A stretch of DNA of 57,479 bases from Paramecium tetraurelia (lineage: Eukaryota). Positions 53,801 through 57,479 of this stretch are shown here, one piece after another (the first letter of the stretch is position 1; each line of letters opens with the position of its first letter). The translations under genes were made by a program, and so were the position numbers. The stretch spans positions 280,886 to 338,364 of the forward strand of contig CT868673.1 of the NCBI GenBank assembly GCA_000165425.1. The letters run 5' to 3'. Under the pieces are notes generated by a model. That model worked only from the letters and a program-made list of their open reading frames with translations, was not told the origin of the DNA and searched no databases.

Positions 53801-54087
53801 TGGTAATTGAGATATCAGTATTGATATTTATGCTTAGTTCATTCTTCTACATTGAAGAGTTTAATTAATACATTAATGAAGCTTAAAAGATATTATTAGG
53901 ATGGTTCTAGGCAATCTTATTATCCTCAGGAATTATAATTGAATTGCTGATGGTTATATATAAGTCTAACATTATAATAAGATAAAAATGCATAAACAAA
54001 TAATCGATTAAATAGTAATCAATAACTAAAAATCATGTAGAGGAATAAACGGTCTGGCAGAATAAAAAGATTTTAATCAAATTTTGA
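50872..54087 (+). CDS. Cysteine-rich surface/membrane protein with Myxococcus-type Cys-rich repeats and a C-terminal multipass TM region
   Basis: Signal-like MIIFIALVQITFQ; repeats CGDMIINGDEECDDGNLISYDGCFQC, CGDGIVIPYSNEQCD, CGDGLVQEQEECDDGNEQVGDGCLKC; LQYLQYLRYINLKYPQNLEIYF motif followed by multiple hydrophobic helices; 2 early introns; TGA 54085-54087. Confidence 0.88.
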
Positions 54088-54299
54088 TAAATCTTCATGA
54101 ATTTTAAATTTACATACTTATTACATAAAACATTAAATTATTAATTGATAAGCTTATGTAATACTCGAAGCATTTGTTTAAGTATAGAAGTTAGCCATAG
54201 ATCTTATATTTACTTTTGAATCTTTATTAAGTAAATTAGTCTTTATAAATTTATAGATAATCTCAAATATCAAATACGAACAATATTCAGAAGCAAACC

Positions 54300-55070
54300 A
54301 TAATAAAGTTTATAACATCTGATCTCAATATTGTCATCACAAATGTTGATTATTGATTTAAAAAGTCTTAGGAACAAGATATTGTATCGATTTCATCAAC
54401 ACACTATTTTTTATTAAAAATAACTTTAATGAGATGGTTGAGCAAGCATTACTTGTATTACTCAAATTTTTAGGAGCATCTGATAGATTCCAATTAATTA
54501 TTTAATAATCGTCCAATTAGATGAAACAATTAAAACTGAAGAAAAAAAAGATATTTTCAGGTTTTAATTAACAGGATTGTTGCTCATGGAGGCACTATTA
54601 ATTCATGTGCAGCAGAAATCGCCTTTTAATAAATGAAGGAAAGAAAACACAGAAATAACGTTACTTCAATATTTTTATTAACAGATGGTTTAGACTATTC
54701 TGCATATTCTTAAATTAAATCTCAAGTTAATTCAAATTGAAAATGTTTTTAACCACCTTTTCAAGATTTGAAAATAGCCAAAACTTTTGGAAAAATGTGG
54801 GAAAAATAGTTTATAAATATCAAATCCTTATTCATACTCCCTTAAATTTATATTTTAATTTATGAAGATTAAAAACATTGAATTTCTTTTAAGCGAAACT
54901 TACAATCACTGATCCCCTGAGTTAACAAGAGATTGAAAGAAGGGAGATTCTTGAATTGGTTATTCTTAATGAAAATGAGGAATTTAACTAAAATACTACT
55001 GATACCGATGTCAATTATATAGAATAGCTTAGTATTAAAATCTTTGTTTAAATCGGATGATGTAAAAACT
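54300..55070 (+). pseudogene. Decayed von Willebrand factor type A (vWA) domain gene
   Basis: Fragments EMVEQALLVLLKFLGASDRFQLII, INRIVAHGGTINSCAAEIAFQQMKERKHRNNVTSIFLLTDGLD and AKLTITDPLSQQEIERREILELVILNENEEF, interrupted by TGA stops and frame changes; no intact DxSxS motif seen. Ends are approximate. Confidence 0.72.
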
Positions 55071-55484
55071 TCCAAAAAGAAAGTTCAAGATAATTAAAAA
55101 CCAGAATGATCTTTTGAGAAATACACATGTATGTATATTAATATAATATAAGAGCATCAAATATATTATTTATTTTTTTTACTTCTATTTTTATTTTAAG
55201 ACACTAGTATTCAAATGATGCAAATTCATAATTGAACTGAAGAAGGCAATCCTCAACCTCACTTTAGGGATTGTACTTACTTTTCCTCAGTTACGGATCT
55301 CTGAGGATAAACCCATATCAATGTTTCTTTCTAAAAAAGGTCGCTGAAAAACAGAAAAAAATATGGTGGCACATCATCTTTCATATTAAAAATAAGCTAT
55401 AAAATATTTTATAAATAAATTCTAGATAAAAAGGTAATAGTGAATATTAAATAAAATCAGAAATAAAACATAAGTACAATTAAT

Positions 55485-57119
55485 TCATATATTTAAAATT
55501 TCATAAGTCTAATACTTTTCTTTCTTCCGATCCCAAAATACTAAATACTCTCCATTATTGGTCATGCTTCCAAAAACTTATTTTACTTAACAATTCAATT
55601 ATTTATAAACTTTAAGAGTACCATCGATTAATTATCTAAAGAAATAGATATGATATTTATGTCTTATCAACAATATATTTTTTTCTAAATTATGTACGAT
55701 TGAAAAATTCATATCATCTTCGCTTTTATTATTCTTAGTTAATTTGATAGTTTTATTAGCATTTTATTAAAAAACCCCTCTCTATAATTCAAATACTAAA
55801 ATATCATCAATATCTGCATCCATAGTTACCCAAATTAGAAGTTAATCATTTATTAAATGTATTTTATACCCTTTATTAGCAACTGATTATTTATATTGAA
55901 ATTCCCATTTTCCTGAGAGTCCTTATTCCCATACTATGAATTCATCAAATCCACAGGACACCAATTAAGTTTCATTTGAATTAAACGATAATGACTCTAC
56001 ACTGTTTTCATGGTTATTTAAGGTATAAAGAAAAGTCAGCTGATTCTTCATGAAATCTACTTTCCAAACATTTATATATTTATCACAACTTCCTGAAATA
56101 ACTTAATCCTCCTCTTTATTTAACATTAAACAATTAACTCCTTCAAGATGATTTTAATATGGCTATGAATACTTCCACTCATGTTTATTAATCTATTACC
56201 AACAGATGAGAGTGTGATCTATAGAACCAGAAATAAATGAATTTCTGAGTTTGCTATACACTAAACATCTAACAGTCTCTTGGTGTTATGAATAAGTGTT
56301 AATTAATTTTAATTTTCCTTTTTCAATGTTCCAAATTTAAATCTTTGGACTCTCACAAGATACCATAATTGATCCTGTTTTATCAAACACTATTGCAAAA
56401 CAATACCCACTTGATTAATTTGAATTATCAATTTATTTAAGTTCAATTTTTTTAGCTATCATCTATTATTATTATTCTAGTTATTCCTATTAAATGGCAA
56501 TTTAATTCATTTCCTATTGTCTCTTAGCATCACATCTTTAGTTTCCTTAATGTTATATACTTTTCAATAATTCCTCGCATTATTTGGTTTCTTAAAATGA
56601 TTTAAAAAATGTTAACGTCGTATTGATCTTCGAACTTTTTGACTAATTTTATTTGTGTATTTGTTCAATAAGAGATTCCTGATTGAATTAATCATTATTT
56701 TTTTAAATAATTAATTTTTCTAATTCATCAAAAAAGCTATATGTGGCATTTTATTCTCCATATTTCAACACTTCTTAAATCCATTAATCTACAAACCCCA
56801 TTAATTTTTCTATATTTTGAGCAACTTTATTTTTTAATTCAATTAGAACCAACCTAATTTATTCAATATAATTGATATTGATTCTTACAACATTCTCAAC
56901 ATATAATTTTCTTTGATTTTAATTTGCTTCAATTTTTTCTTTAACTTATTTAAATATTTTAAAAGACTCATTTGATTCTACACTGTCTATGCATATTCTG
57001 CATAATAGTCTTTACTTCTTATTTAGTCTTGGGTCACTAGATACCATAAAGTTTGGCTCCTTATGAATAGCACATTAAAGAATTTCCTCTTCTTTTTCGG
57101 TCATTCTTGAAGTAATCAT
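55485..57119 (-). CDS. Cys/His knuckle - coiled coil - WD40 repeat protein (Paramecium-type expanded family), intronless
   Basis: MITSRMTEKEEEILQCAIHKEP...RLLCRICIDS; WD repeats (HQETVRCLVYSKTQKFISFISGSIDHTLICW, HLEGVNCLMLNKEEDQVISGSCDKYINVW); end FGSMTNNGEYLVFWD; length 1635 nt = 545 codons including TGA. Confidence 0.85.
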
Positions 57120-57479
57120 TTCTTAAATAAAAAGGGAGATTTAATATATAAATTGACACTCTTAGAGTGATTTAGAATTTAATTTAATATTTAATACCAG
57201 AGAACTTATGCCTCATTTAATAAATTAGTGCTAAAACAAAAAAAATTTAGAATCTTAGACAATCTTACAAATTTCAGTGACGAACTCGGACTGATATCTT
57301 AAGGCTAGTCTATGCTACCTAGAATCAAGGGAGACCTAGCAATTAACAGATAAGGAGACCTAAAAGATCTTAAAACATAGGAACGCTGAAAGTTAATCAT
57401 CCTCAACCTTATTCTGATCATTGATATCGCTACTATTACCGAAGAAAGCAATAATGGTGTAAGCCGAGAACACGACGGC

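Overview
AT-rich ciliate DNA, most likely Paramecium macronuclear sequence. It reads correctly only with the ciliate nuclear code (TAA/TAG = Gln, TGA the only stop) and tiny 20-30 nt introns, so the supplied standard-code ORF track shows only fragments or antisense artefacts. By hand translation I find about 21 protein-coding genes: a 5'-truncated NACHT-pentapeptide-WD40 (NLR/STAND-like) protein, an MFS transporter, a GST, two coiled-coil proteins, three B-box-like/coiled-coil/beta-domain proteins, a degenerate ADP/ATP-carrier-like gene, Sly1, thiolase, an aromatic-repeat protein, a CoqF-like FAD monooxygenase, PHF5A, a full-length Piezo, a P-loop GTPase-Hsp20 fusion, an RRM-KH protein, a GRD-repeat protein, an AK9-like protein, a TPR protein and a Cys-rich multipass surface protein. 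There is also a decayed vWA pseudogene. The most striking structure is the TPR gene at 46879-49388: ten phase-1 introns at the same repeat position give 102-nt one-repeat exons, one intron is GC-AG, and the protein ends in a CaaX box. Other oddities are an ATGA stop/start overlap, a 29-bp divergent intergenic region, a KH gene with an in-frame TGA, and a sharp change from a hyper-compact core (9.1-45.9 kb) to a looser, pseudogene-containing right arm. Family calls come from motif recognition and recalled consensus sequences, not database searches; intron boundaries and ends are manual.
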